From the NCBI RefSeq assembly GCF_035084215.1, contig NC_090341.1, forward strand, positions 50,654,001-50,718,000: a stretch of DNA of 64,000 bases. The letters run 5' to 3'. Shown piece after piece: positions 1-11,849 of this stretch (position 1 is the first letter of the stretch; the number at the start of each line of letters is the position of its first letter). Source of the stretch: Heptranchias perlo. Its lineage: Eukaryota. The notes beneath the pieces were generated by a model. It was not told the DNA's origin. It searched no databases and saw only the letters and a program-made list of their open reading frames with translations. The position numbers were made by a program, and so were the translations under genes.

Positions 1-124
1 TTTAAAGCGGCAATGAACTAAAATGGGATTTCCTGACCATCGCATGAACACACAATGCAGCAGGACCAATCCCAATGGTTGGAAAGTCTATGGCATACAG
101 TCTTAATGAAAAAGATTCAAATTC

Positions 125-500
125 CTTTCCTCTTAGAGAAGACTAAGAGGAGACCTAATGGAGGACTTTAAAATTGTGATGGGGTTCAATAGAGGGGGGA
201 TGAGGAGAAACTGTTTCCTCTTGTGGGTGAGTCCAGAACATAAATATAAGATAGTCACTAACAGAAATTTTAGGAGGAATTTCTTTACACAAAGAATGGT
301 GAGAATGTGGAACTCACTGCCACATGAAGTGATCGAAGCAGATCGCGTTGATGCATTTAAAGGGAGACTTGATTCATACATGAGGTAGAAGGGAATAGGG
401 GAATATGGGGGCAGGGTGGGAAGAGGTCATTGGAGTGGGAGGAGGCTCGTGTGGAGTATAAACACTGGCATAGACCAGTTGGGCTGAATGGCCTGTTTCT
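125..500 (+). mobile_element. CR1/HER1-like LINE, 3' end fragment
   Basis: Translation NFFTQRMVRMWNSLP...FKGRLD is the CR1 ORF2 C-terminus; 3' UTR ends ...GGGCTGAATGGCCTGTTTC. Confidence 0.85.
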
Positions 501-502
501 TC

Positions 503-815
503 TTTTTTATTCGTTCATGGGATGTGGGCGTCGCTGGCGAGGCCGGCATTTATTGCCCATCCCTAATTGCCCTTGAGAAGGTGGTGGTGAGCCGCCTTCT
601 TGAACCGCTGCAGTCCGTGTGGTGAAGGTTCTCCCACAGTGCTGTTAAGTAGGGAGTTCCAGGATTTTGACCCAGCGACGATGAAGGAATGGTGATATAT
701 TTCCAAGTCGGGATGGTGTGTGACTTGGAGGGGAACGTGCAGGTGGTGTTGTTCCCATGTACCTGCTGCTCTTGTCCGTATAGGTGGTAGAGGTCGCGGG
801 TTTGGGAGGTGCTGC
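503..815 (-). mobile_element. CR1-group LINE family B, 3' fragment
   Basis: Matches the 3' end of the element at 15484-17175 (HLPNPRPLP...KKAAHHHLLKGN) and has an A-rich tail. Confidence 0.85.
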
Positions 816-829
816 ACTGTAGATTCTAT

Positions 830-962
830 GTAACTCCCTACCTGACAGCACTTTGGGAGCACCATCACCACAAGGCCTGCAGTGGCTCAAGAAGAAGGCC
901 CACCACCACCTTCTCAGGACAACTAGGGACAGGCAATAAATGCCGGCCTTGCCAGCGACGCC
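830..962 (+). mobile_element. LINE family B 3' tail, inverted relative to 503-815
   Basis: CAAGAAGAAGGCCCACCACCACCTTCTC...GGCAATAAATGCCGGCCTTGCCAGCGACGCC. Confidence 0.8.
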
Positions 963-1651
963 TTCGTTGTTGAGAACAAATTTTTTTAAAAGATTCATAA
1001 ATGGTGGTTGACAAGGAGAAGGCACAGGAAAAAAATAAGGAATTTTTCCAAAATGTCTGATGATGGGAGGGAGAGAGGAATAACTGGAACAAGTAAACCA
1101 CAAATCCTTGTTTTCTTAAGTTCAGGGATGGATAGTTTTTCCAGCACTCACAGAGTTAACCTGCCAGGGATGAGACATCAGAACAGCTCAGATAATGAAA
1201 ACGGGGGGGAAAAAGAACCTTAGAAATAAGTGGGTTGTTCCCCTGGGGGATTGGGGGGGTGCGGATTGCAAGTGAAATTCCCCAGAAAGTGAATTTCACT
1301 TCAGTATTTTGCATAATTCTTTCTACATCAATGTAGTGAATCAGGAAAAGAATCATATTACTGTCAAGAGCAAGACATATTGAGATTTATTAAGCGAGGC
1401 AGAAATGAAATTCAGCCACAGTGTCAGAGGCAATGAGAATCATCTGAGGTAACAGCATAACTAAAGGAGCTAGAATATTATTTTAATTTCTTGAAAAAAA
1501 TCTTTCCCAAGACACAAGATACGAGAACATTCACAAAACTTTATGGGGCTTGCAGGGTTTAGGGCCTTCCCCAAATCCCCTTGCCCCCCCACTACATGGA
1601 TGATTCTTAATTGTCTTTTGAAGTGGCTTAGCAAGACACTCATTTGTACCA

Positions 1652-1755
1652 AGATGAAGGCCCACCACCACCTTCAAAGATCAACTAGGGATGAGCAATA
1701 AATGCCGGCCTTGTCAGCAATGTCCACGTCCCGAGAATGAATATATATAAAAAAA
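1652..1755 (+). mobile_element. LINE family B 3' tail
   Basis: Same tail motif followed by an A-rich end. Confidence 0.75.
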
Positions 1756-1896
1756 GCTCAAAGGAGGTTAATTTAGAAAGAAGTTCTCCCGATTGTCGTA
1801 AATCCAGCTGTAGATCCCCAGAAACATCTGAGAAATGGCAATAACAGGGTTATGGCAGACAATTGGGAGAGCCCCCACGGATACATGCCCCTATAC

Positions 1897-2333
1897 TATC
1901 AGCCGTGGCTCACTTGGTAGCATGCTTGTCTCTGAGTCAGATGGTTGTGGGTTCAAGCCCCACTTCCAGAGAGTTAAGCACACAATCCAGGCTGATGCTC
2001 CAGTACTGAGTGAGATTGAGAGAGTGCTGCACTGTTGGAGATGCCCTTTCAGGTGGATGTAAAAGATCCCATGGCATTTTTTCAAAGAAGAACAGGGGAG
2101 TTCTCCTGGTGTCCTAGCCAATATTTATCCCTCAGCCGACATCACTAAAAAAAACTGATTATCTGCATTATCACATGCTGTTTGTGGGATCTTGCTGTGC
2201 GCAAATCGGCTGCCACGTTTCCTACATTACAACAGTGATTATATTTCAAAAGTAGTTCATTGGCTGCAAAGAGAATTAGGACATCCTGAGGATATAAAAG
2301 GTGCTATATCAAATGCAAGTTCTTTGTTTCTTT
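1897..2333 (+). mobile_element. tRNA-derived Deu-domain SINE (SacSINE1-like)
   Basis: A-box-like TGGCTCACTTGG, B box GGTTCAAGCC, central GAAGAACAGGGGAGTTCTCCTGGTGTCC block and L2-like tail AAAGGTGCTATA...AAATGCAAGTTCTTT. Confidence 0.85.
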
Positions 2334-2838
2334 TATATAGAATAACAGATACCTGGGAGTGAGTTACAGGCTGGAATCTAATCGAGGGGTTCGGGTGGTT
2401 TATATATAGAATAACAGATACCCGGGAGTGAGTTACAGGCTGGAATCTAATCGAGGGGTTCGGATGGTTTATATAGAGAATAATGGATACCTGGGAGTGA
2501 GTTACAGGCTGGAATCTAATCGAGGGGTTCGGATGGTTTATATATAGAATAATGGATACCTGGGAGTGAGTTACAGGCTGGAATCTAATCGAGGGAGTTT
2601 GATGGTTTATATATAGAATAATGGATACCTGAGAGTGAGTTACAGGCTGGAATCTAATCGAGGGAGTTTGATGGTTTATATATAGAATAACGAATACCTG
2701 GGAGTGAGTTACAGGCTGGAATCTAATCGAGGGGTTCGGGTGGTTTATATGTAGAATAACGGATACCTGGGAGTGAGTTACAGGCTGGAATCTAATCGAG
2801 GGGTTTGGATGGTTTATATAGAGAATATATAGAATAAT
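2334..2838. repeat. 69-bp tandem repeat, about 7.3 copies
   Basis: Unit ...ATACCTGGGAGTGAGTTACAGGCTGGAATCTAATCGAGGGGTTCGGATGGTTTATATATAGAATAA recurs at 2348, 2417, 2486, 2555, 2624, 2693 and 2762. Confidence 0.95.
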
Positions 2839-3619
2839 ATCTCACTCCCAGTTATTCAATATTCTAAATAGAAACCACTCAAATACCTTGAATACATTCC
2901 AGTCTCTGCTCAAAGTAACACAGGCAAAAACATTGAGGTTATTCAAAATAAACTTAGATGTCGTAAAGGGAGAGGGGATGTATCAGGGAGGTCAGCTTCA
3001 GGAAAGTAGTCTCTTATTGCCCTGGCCATTTCTGTTGGATTTTTCTGCCGTCTAACACTTGAATGTTTAATTTGTTCATTCGCTCACCAAGTAAAGCAAA
3101 GCTCGTTCGGTTGTGTTTAAAATACAACCTAAGAGCACAGCTAAAGATTTCTCTGAGATATCTGACAGATTCCTTGTAGTGTATGGAGAGCAGGCTAGAG
3201 GAGACTGTGACCTGCTGCTCACTGAGCTCATTAAGTTACCTCAGTGTGATGAAGACTCCATTGAGAAGCACAGGCTGGCTGACTGTAACCGTGATCAGCA
3301 AGCCCACCAGCTTATTATCCAGTGGAGGTTGTGATTGGGCCAAAGGACATTACCCTGCCTTAGTTACCATTAACCGTCACCTCAGGGTGCCATTAACGGC
3401 TGGATCTGATGGGTTTGCGGCGAGAATTTTAACCTGTCTTCCAAAACCTCCAGTCTGTTAAAAGAGTGGAACATGGAGTAAAAATAATGGAACAAATAAA
3501 CGGTGACCAGTCTCAGATAAAACTCTGTGAAACCCCTCCCCGAGTTCATAAGGCAAGCTCCAGAAGACCCTGGCTCCCCATGGCATATCACTAGACAAAC
3601 TCATGCACCCAGAGTAAAA

Positions 3620-4041
3620 GTGTCAACCTTGGCTCAGTTGGTAGCATACTTGCCTCTGAATCAGAAAATCATGGGCTCAAGCCCCACTCCAGACACTTGA
3701 GTACATAATCTAGGCTGACACTCCAGTGCAGTACTGAGGGAGTGCTGCACCATCAGAGGTGCCGTCTTTCAGATGAGATGCTAAACTGAGGTAGACATAA
3801 ATGATCCCATGCCACTATTTTGAAGAAGAGCAGGAGTGTTTTCCCCGTGTCCTGGCCTATATTCATCCCTCGACCAACACCACTAAAACAGATTATCTGG
3901 TCATTACTTCATTGCTGTTTGCCATGTTTCCTACATTACATCAGTGGCTACACTTCAAATGTACTTCATTGGCTGTAAAACGCTTTGGATGTCCTGAGGT
4001 CTTGAAAGGCGCTGTATAAATACAAGTTCTTCTCTTTCTTT
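3620..4041 (+). mobile_element. Deu-domain SINE
   Basis: Same head, core and tail as 1897-2333. Confidence 0.85.
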
Positions 4042-4070
4042 CATTGTCCTCCTCAATCAGGAACCTGTCA

Positions 4071-4471
4071 AAGAAAGAACTTGCACCTTATAGAGCACCT
4101 TTCACACCCTCAGGACATCCCAATATTCTTCACAGCCAATGAATTGCTTTTGAAGTCCAATCACTGTTGTTATGTAGGCACACGTGCTAAAAACACGTGC
4201 AGAGCAAAGTCCCACAAACAGCAAAAAGATGAATGATCAGATCATCAGTTTTTGGAGAGGTTGATTGAGGGATAAAGTTGGCCAAGAGTTAGTTGGCCAG
4301 GATAACTCTCTGCTCTTCAAGTAGTGTGGGATCTTTTATGTCCACCTCAGTTTATCATCTCAATATTACACTGAAGTGTCAGCCTAGATTACGCATTCAA
4401 ATTCCTGGAGTTGGGCTTGAACTCGCCACCTTCTGATTCAGAGGAAAGAGTGCTACCAACTGGGTCAAGTT
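4071..4471 (-). mobile_element. Deu-domain SINE, more diverged
   Basis: Reverse-complement match to the SINE family, with internal deletions. Confidence 0.8.
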
Positions 4472-4914
4472 CTCTCTTAAAGGACTGTGGAGTATCCCTA
4501 CTTACCAAATCTAGCAGTACACCATTTCATGGAGGAGTCTCATGCCACTTCAGAATAACTGCAACTAGTACAATGCAAGGTTAAAAATGTTCAATATTTT
4601 TAATGTTGGCAGAGAGTCATCTGTTCAATCATCTTCACTAACGTTAAAAGTTAACTAGCACTTGGACACCGGGGAGTGGAGCATTGCACACTTGCTTGCT
4701 CGTTCACTTGTGCTGAGCTCCATTTCCCCTGACTGGAGAGTGACACGGAACCAGCAGTATAACTTGAGTCTGACTTACAGGAAAAATTGTAAACAACCCG
4801 ACATTATAGGGTTAATTCCCCTGCATGTATCTTTGGCCTGGCGAATTGACTGAACTGTTGATCCTTAAAAAGATTCTAATAAACAACATTTAGAGACACT
4901 CTGCACTATATGGG

Positions 4915-5185
4915 AGGATGAAGGCCCATTGCAGGAGATGGTCACTCTGCAGCTAAAGTGAAGGGAAGTGAATGACCATGAACTGGACCGAGACTTGGAG
5001 CTAAATATTCCCGGCTTTAACTTTCTCAGGAGAGATAAAGAAGGAGAAAAGGAAGTAAGGATGGCTTTATTAATTAAGGGGACAATTAAAACCTTAGAAA
5101 GGAAAGGTTTTATTGATGGTGTTGCTCAGAAGGACTCTGTCTGGGTTAAGGTAAGAAATAATAAGGGATCTGTTACCATAAAAAA
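4915..5185 (+). mobile_element. Degenerate CR1 endonuclease-domain fragment
   Basis: LNIPGFNFLRRDK...ALLIK...VWVKVRNNKG resembles the CR1 APE domain (compare 8775-9014). Confidence 0.65.
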
Positions 5186-5466
5186 TCCCGAAATGTGACA
5201 GTAACCTATCTTCTTCCTTTAAGGCTCCAAGGTCTAATTGGCCTAAACTGATGCATCCTGAGGTCAATTAGAAGGTAATTCCTGTTATTCACGTCCTGTG
5301 TCAATTAGAAGCTAATTGTTTCTCTGCCGTTTAGCAAGGTCAGAAAAAACAGCAGGAAATGACCGGCTTTCTCGCTTTTTTTTAAGACTGTTTTGCATCT
5401 GTAACAAAGTATGACCTATGAACTACGATGGACCCGCATTAAACTTGAGACTTTTATATAGTTCTG

Positions 5467-5760
5467 TAGAGCAAAGGAGAGAGAGAGCATGAAGAGCTAG
5501 ATATCAAGAGATAGATATAGAGAGGTGGAGCTAGAGAGATAGACGGACAGATGGAGATAGGCAGATGGATAGATAGATAAATAGAGCTGGACAGAAAGAT
5601 AAAAGGAACTAGATAGACATAGATAGATAGAGAAGCAATTAGACAGGCAGATAGAGAGATGGATGGATGACTAGATAGATCATATATAGAAGTAGAAAGA
5701 AAGTGTAAGTTATTTCTATAGAGAGAGAGATAGGGAGATGAAGAGATAATTAATAATAGT
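5467..5760. repeat. Degenerate (GATA/GAGA)n low-complexity tract
   Basis: Purine-rich tetranucleotide-like repeats. Confidence 0.85.
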
Positions 5761-5789
5761 TTTGCCAGGAAATGCACTGCTGTCCATCA

Positions 5790-5945
5790 GCATCTGAAAC
5801 AAAATGACTTGTTAATGTTTTGAGTTCTGATCAGAACTCCCATAACAAATGTTAACCTGGTTTTTCTCCTTCTAACAAGCTGCTGTGCATATCCATCATT
5901 TCCTGCTGTTACTTCGGATTCCCAGAATCCACAGTTTTGCCTTTT
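5790..5945 (+). mobile_element. Old Penelope-type terminal-repeat fragment (tentative)
   Basis: Similar on the opposite strand to 12358-12480; family assigned from recalled shark repeats only. Confidence 0.35.
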
Positions 5946-6211
5946 TGTCGCTATGATTTTGATGATGTTTTGCGGCACTGAAATATCACAACAATCCAAC
6001 TCCAAAAATGTATTTAAACTTTAAATTGAACCACTGATGGAATAAATCGAGCGTTGCACCCAGTGCTGGAGTGTGAGTATTACTGCTTCACCTATGTGTC
6101 AGCCAGTCAAAGCTCTATTCTCCTATTTAATTCACACAGTAACACTCAGTACAGAATTCAGTGCAGTCAGTGTTATATCAGTCTGCGCTACGTTTATACT
6201 AAAATACTATA

Positions 6212-6339
6212 GCTCTGAAATTCTGTGGGGATTCACCCAATCTCCTTCCGAAACTCTGGGGGGAGACCAGTGGATCTCTCAAAAAAAAGGCCATGACCTA
6301 CGGAGGGGCACGAGGAGATTCCCCATAGAAATCAGGTCC
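6212..6339. mobile_element. Small MITE-like element with ~20-bp terminal inverted repeats
   Basis: CTGAAATTCTGTGGGGATTC ... GATTCCCCATAGAAATCAG. Confidence 0.5.
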
Positions 6340-6593
6340 TCTATGTAGGAACTGGGTGGCAAAGGAAATTATAATGCAGGCCTTGTATCTCAGGATCTGG
6401 GTGTGAATTCAACACTAACTGATTGGTTGAACATCTTCTACACCTAAATCAAGGTGCACCTGACCTGGGAGTGTTTCATGGGACAGTGTAGAGGGAGATT
6501 TACTCTGAATCTTATCAAATGTCATCGGGAGCTTGATCTTCTTGCACATTTACACATATCCATAACGGGGATAACAAGTTCAGTTGCGTCGAG

Positions 6594-9292
6594 TTACATC
6601 GAAACTACAGAACAGAAACAGGCCATTCGGCCCAACTGGTTTATGCCAGCGTTTACACGCCACACAAGCTTTCTCCCTCCCTACTTCATCTAACCCTATC
6701 AGGATACCCTTCTATTCCTTTCTCCCTCACGTGCTTATCTAGCTTCCCCTTAAATGCATCTATGTTATTTGCCTCAACTACTCCTTAACGTAGTACGTTC
6801 CACATTCTTACCACTCTCTGGGAAAAGAAATTTCTCCTAAATTCCCTATTGGATTTATTAGTGACTATTTTATATTTATGACCTCTCGTTTTGGACACCC
6901 CACAGGTGGAAACATTTTCTCGACGTCTACCCTATCAAATCCTTTCATTATCTTAAAGACCTCTATCACGTCACCCATCAGCCTTCTCTTTTCTAGAGAA
7001 AAGAGTCTCAGCCTGTTCAGCCTTTCTTGATAAGGATAAGCTCTCAGTTCTGGTGTCATCCTCGTGAATCTTTTTTGCACCCTCTCCAATGCCTCTATAT
7101 CCTTTTTATAATATGGAGACCAGAACTGTGCACAATATTCCAAGTGTGGTCTAACCAAGGTTCTATATAAGTTCAACATAACTTTTTTGCTTTTCAATTC
7201 CATCCCTCTAGAATTGAACCCTAGTGCTTGATTTGCCTTTTTTTGCCTTATTAACCTGCGTCGCTACTTTTAGTGATTGGTGTATCTCTTCCCCAAGATC
7301 CCATTTAGACTCTTATTATCCAAGCAGTACGTGGCCTTCTTGTTCTTCCTACCAAAATGCACCACCTCACACTTATCTATATTGAAATTCATTTGCCAAT
7401 TACACACCCATTCTGCAAGTTTGTTAATGTCCCCTTGCATTTTGACATAGTCTTCCTTTGTACTAACTACCTGGGGTCAATTTGGTGTTGTCCGCAAATT
7501 TTGAAATTGTATTTCCGATTCCCAAATCCAAATCGTTAATGCAAATTGTGAACAACAGTGGTCCCAGGACCGATCCCTGTGGAAGACCACTTCCCACCTT
7601 TTGCCAGTCTCAGGAGCTACCCTTAACCCCCACTCTCTGTTTTCTGTTTTATAGCCAACTTTCTATCCATTCTGCTACCTGTCCCCTGACTCCATATGCT
7701 CTGACCTTAGCCATGAGTCTGCAATGAGGTACCTTACTGAAGGCCTTTTGAAAATTCAAATATATTACATCTACTTCAATACTCTTGCCTACTCTTTCTG
7801 TTACTTCTTCAAAGAATTCAAGAAGGTTGATCATGCATGACTTTCCCTTCTGAAATCCGTGCTGACTATTTATTATATTTTTGGTTTCAAGATGTTTTTC
7901 TATTACATCTTTGAGTAAAGATTCCATTATCTTCCCGACCACCGACATTAAGCTAACTGGTCTATAGTTCCCTGAACTTGTTATTCCTATATTTAAAAAG
8001 GGAAATAGAACATTAGCTGTCTGCCAGTTCTCTGGCACTATTTCCTTTTCTAGTGAATTTTTCTATATATGTAATAGTGCCTCTGCTATTTCTTCCCTAA
8101 CTTCTTTTAATATTCGTGGACGCAATCCATCTGGACCAGGGGTCTTATCCTCCCTAAGTTTGATTAGTTTATCAATTACCTCTCCTCTTTCTATCTTAAA
8201 TGTTTTAATATTTTTCTCGATCCCTTCTCCTAATGTCCTGCCCACCATGTTAGTCTCCCTGGTAAATATGGAGGCAAAGTAACAATTCAATATTTCTGCC
8301 ATTTCACAGTTGTTACCTGTGAGTTTATCTTAAGCATCCCTTAGTGGCCCTATTCCTATCCTGATTTTTCTTTTGTTATTTATGTGTCTGTAGAATACTT
8401 CACTATTTCTTTTTATATTCCTTGATAATTTAATTTTGAAGTTACTCTTTGCTTTCCTAATTGTTTTTTTAACTTCTTTCTTAACCTCTTTGTATTTCCT
8501 TTTGTCATTCTCTCTTTCATTGTCTATGTACTTAGAGTATGCCTTTTTCTTTAGTTTCAATTTTACCCTATCTCTTTATTCATCCATGGTGTTTCATTAT
8601 TAGCTAGTTTGTTCTTGCTTTTTAGAGGAATATATTTCTCCTGAACTCTATTGATCACTGTTTTAAATATTTCCTGCTGCTCTTCTATTTCTTTGTCTGT
8701 CAAATTTTTTTCTATCTTAATATGACTTATGTCCCTTTTTTCTACTGCCATTATGGTGTCTCTAATTAGTACAGCTACTCCACACCCCCACTTCCTTCCC
8801 CATCCTTTCTAAATACATTAGATCCTGAAATATTTAACTGCCAGTCCTGTTCCTTATGTAGCCATGTTTCAGTTATCCCTACTACATCTGGCTCCTCACT
8901 ATGAATTATTGCCTGCAGTTCCCCCGTTTTGTTTCGGATGCTGTGCACCTTGTTATACAGGCAATTTAACTTGGTTTTAGTATTTGTTCCCCTCCCTTTG
9001 TTTTTAACAGTCATTTTGTACTTATGGTCTATAACTGTATTTGTTTATGTCACCCTTATTCCTTAACTTGGTCTGACCTTTACTCTCATTTCTTATTTCT
9101 TCAGATTTATGTTATCTTCCCCAGACCCCTCTTACTAGTTTAAAGTCCTATCCACAGCCCTATTTATCCTTTACCGTTAGGACTCTGGTCCTATTCTGGT
9201 TCAGGTGGAGCCCATCCCAGCGGTACAGCTCCTTCCTGTCCCAATATCCCATGAATTGGAACCCCCACTTCCCACAGTCAGTCTTTCAGCCA
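6594..9292 (-). mobile_element. CR1/HER1-like LINE, internally deleted, inactive
   Basis: EN motif VVGITETW (8775-9014), PGPDGL and GNYRPVSL, catalytic motif mutated to SKFADN, and LVRPHLEYCAQFWSP; many stops and frameshifts. Confidence 0.92.
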
Positions 9293-9855
9293 GTAGAAAC
9301 TCCTAGAAGAGGATGCCAAGCCAGCAATACCCAGGCCAAGTTGAACATGCTGTCCAATTCTCACTCCAGTACAAGACAGATTAATACTTAGGTCCCATTT
9401 GCACAAAACCATCATATTCCAACCATATATCCCCGGGCTGGGTAACTTGAAGTCCTCTCAGCATAAGATGCACTTCCTCAGCAACCACACAGATTTTTGT
9501 TCATACATTATATCCCTGTCCTCCTCTACTTCAATCGATGTTCTAGTGAGAGAGTTAGTCAGGTGTAAATGAAACACCTCTCAATAGCCACGAGGCACAC
9601 AGTGAGCCTAACTATCGCTGATGATATTCTTTAGAAACACAGAACTTCCATGACAGCTTGCAGTCCAAGGCAAGCCTTCTGCCAATGGTACTCTACGGGC
9701 CACCTCGTGTGAAAGGCTGGGAACGGTCGCACAGTCCAGCAAGCTGCAACACTGGTTGTACAGGAAGACTGAGCACTCAACCGATGGAGCAATGCAAATG
9801 GCGGCCGCCCTTGATATTGAGTTGCTGCCTGGCCATGGGCTCAAGTTACCCACTG

Positions 9856-10158
9856 GTCCCACAAACAGCTGTTTTAGTGGTGATGGTTGAAAGATAAATA
9901 TTGGCCCGGTCACCAGGAAGAACTCTCCTCTTCTTTGAATAATGCCATGGGATCTTTTATGTCCACCTGAAAGAGCAGACCGGGCCTCGGTTTAACATCT
10001 CATCGGAAAAACGGCACCTCTGACAGTGCAGCTCTCCCTCAGTACTACACTGCAGCGTCAGCCTGGATTACGTGCTCAAGTCTCTGGAGTGGGATTTGAA
10101 CCCACAACCTTCTGACTGAGAGGCGAGAGTGCTACCCACTGAGCCACAGCTGACACCT
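9856..10158 (-). mobile_element. Deu-domain SINE, 5' two-thirds
   Basis: Intact A box TGGCTCAGTGGG and B box GGTTCAAATCC on the minus strand; tail absent. Confidence 0.85.
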
Positions 10159-10287
10159 TTGTTAGTCACTAGATAGATGCCTTCCTATGTTGGGAGTAGA
10201 CACTTGGCCTGCAGTGAAAATATTCTACATCATCTTGTAATTCATACTCAGCAGCAGCTTGACTGAGCCAGCTTGGGTCTTCCTTTA

Positions 10288-10493
10288 GATATTAAAAGGC
10301 AGAAAACGTTTTGAGAAAAGCAATTCAAAAGGCACAATAAACCACTGGTGTGACACTGCATTGTTCTACTGAAGCATGTTAAGGGCTTGTGTTTATAACA
10401 CCTGTCTCCAGCTCCCCTTGGTTTATGAGCTACTTTGTAGAATGAATTGGTATTTGAATCGGAGAAAGATTTGACATAGGACGGTTTGGCATC
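10288..10493 (+). repeat. Left arm of an old long inverted repeat
   Basis: Aligns to the reverse complement of 11371-11583, including the core GGTTTATGAG(C/T)TACTTTGTAGAATGAATTGGTATTTGAA. Confidence 0.85.
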
Positions 10494-10601
10494 TCCTCCC
10501 CCACCCCCCAGGAAAATGGGACAGGGTTATGTCAGGGTCACCTGGACAAGCAGAACACACTTCCGCTGGGAGGAGTGAAATACCAGACCAGTGACTCAGA
10601 A

Positions 10602-11100
10602 GGGGCGATTTTAATTTGTTGTCTCTGGCGTTAACAGGGCGGTAACAACCTCAAAATAGAGTTGATAGACTTACTGCACCGGTAATCCCAACATTTTAGA
10701 AGGGGCCTACCACTGGGCGCCCAAAGCACCCAGTTTCAGGCAGTGAGGCCCCTTTTAATATGTCCTAAGACCCCAATTGCCGTTTTAGGTCGGAACTGGT
10801 CGGTCCCTGCACAGTGCACACTCTGACCAGTTCCACCGGCGATGGAGCCGAAGAGGCCCAGCCAGGGTAACTTTGGAATTATTCTTGTGGGGCTCAGAGG
10901 AGCTGGTGTGTGCTTCAGGTCCCCACAAATATATTCTGGGCCACTGCCACCCTGGGACCACCCCGCTTCATCATTGCAAACCCCCCCCCCCCCCAGCCCA
11001 CCACCTTCCTACCAGCTGGAGTGGCCGGCCATTGGGAGGCCTTAATCCAGCAAGCTCACAGGCCCGATGCAAATGAGGCCGAAGCCTCAAAATCACAGGC
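10602..11100. mobile_element. GC-rich MITE-like non-autonomous element
   Basis: Begins GGGGCGATTTTAA and ends ...CAAAATCAC; termini resemble those of other GC-rich elements in the window. Confidence 0.45.
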
Positions 11101-11370
11101 ACATCATCGCCGTGGGTACGGACAATCAGCTGGCGCAATCCATCAGTCGGACGCCCAAAACTCAAAACCAACCCCAGGCAGAGCTCACATTTTAAGAGCC
11201 TCAGGGGAGCATCACTCTCAGGTTCCAGAATACAGAGGTGAGTAGAGCTAACCTTGGGACACAGCAAATGAAAAAAATCATGCTTCTTTTCTGCTTGAAC
11301 TGGTGTGAACTGTCCCTTTATTAAAGCTCCATCATGCTCTGTACACAAGACTGACAGGGTTTCTAAATCA

Positions 11371-11583
11371 GAGGCCAAACCATTCCGCATCAAATCCGTT
11401 TGATCTTCAAATACCAATTCATTCTACAAAGTAACTCATAAACCAGGGGAGTTGGAGACAGCTGATTTATGAACAGAAGCCTTTAATGTGCTGCCATTCA
11501 GTATAGAACCCAATCTCGCATTAGTGCTGTAGTTTGCCTTTGAATTGCAAATGGTGTTCAAAATGTTCTCTGCCTTTTAATAT
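11371..11583 (-). repeat. Right arm of the old long inverted repeat
   Basis: Reverse complement aligns with 10288-10493. Confidence 0.85.
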
Positions 11584-11849
11584 TGACACAAGGAACATGC
11601 TATGTCCTTGGCTAAAGATGAGGTGCAACTAAAGCAGAAGGAAAATCTGGGGAAGTAAATTCTTCCCTAAGCAAAATATATGACACAAAGGGGTGAAATT
11701 CCTCTCTGTGTTACTGCTGGCACATGTGCTAAAAGAGTGTTACGGTATGTTAACTTTGGGCGTTAGCAGGAACAATCTGTTGGCTAATTGTTGCCCACAT
11801 TCATTAAATTGTTCCCAGGACTAAATCAGTTTAACAAACAACAACACAT

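Noticed and set aside
38-101. Possible 64-nt minus-strand exon (LYAIDFPTIGIGPAALCVHAM)
   Set aside because: Mediocre splice signals, short length and an unrecognised peptide; compatible with chance.
2334-2838. CRISPR-like regular repeat
   Set aside because: Units are contiguous with no unique spacers, there are no cas genes, and the context is a vertebrate genome.
5454-5777. Hydrophobic membrane-protein-like ORF (also 28783-29058)
   Set aside because: Arises from GATA/CT low-complexity sequence.
10085-10158. tRNA gene
   Set aside because: A and B boxes are present but run into the SINE body repeated many times in the window; it is a SINE head.
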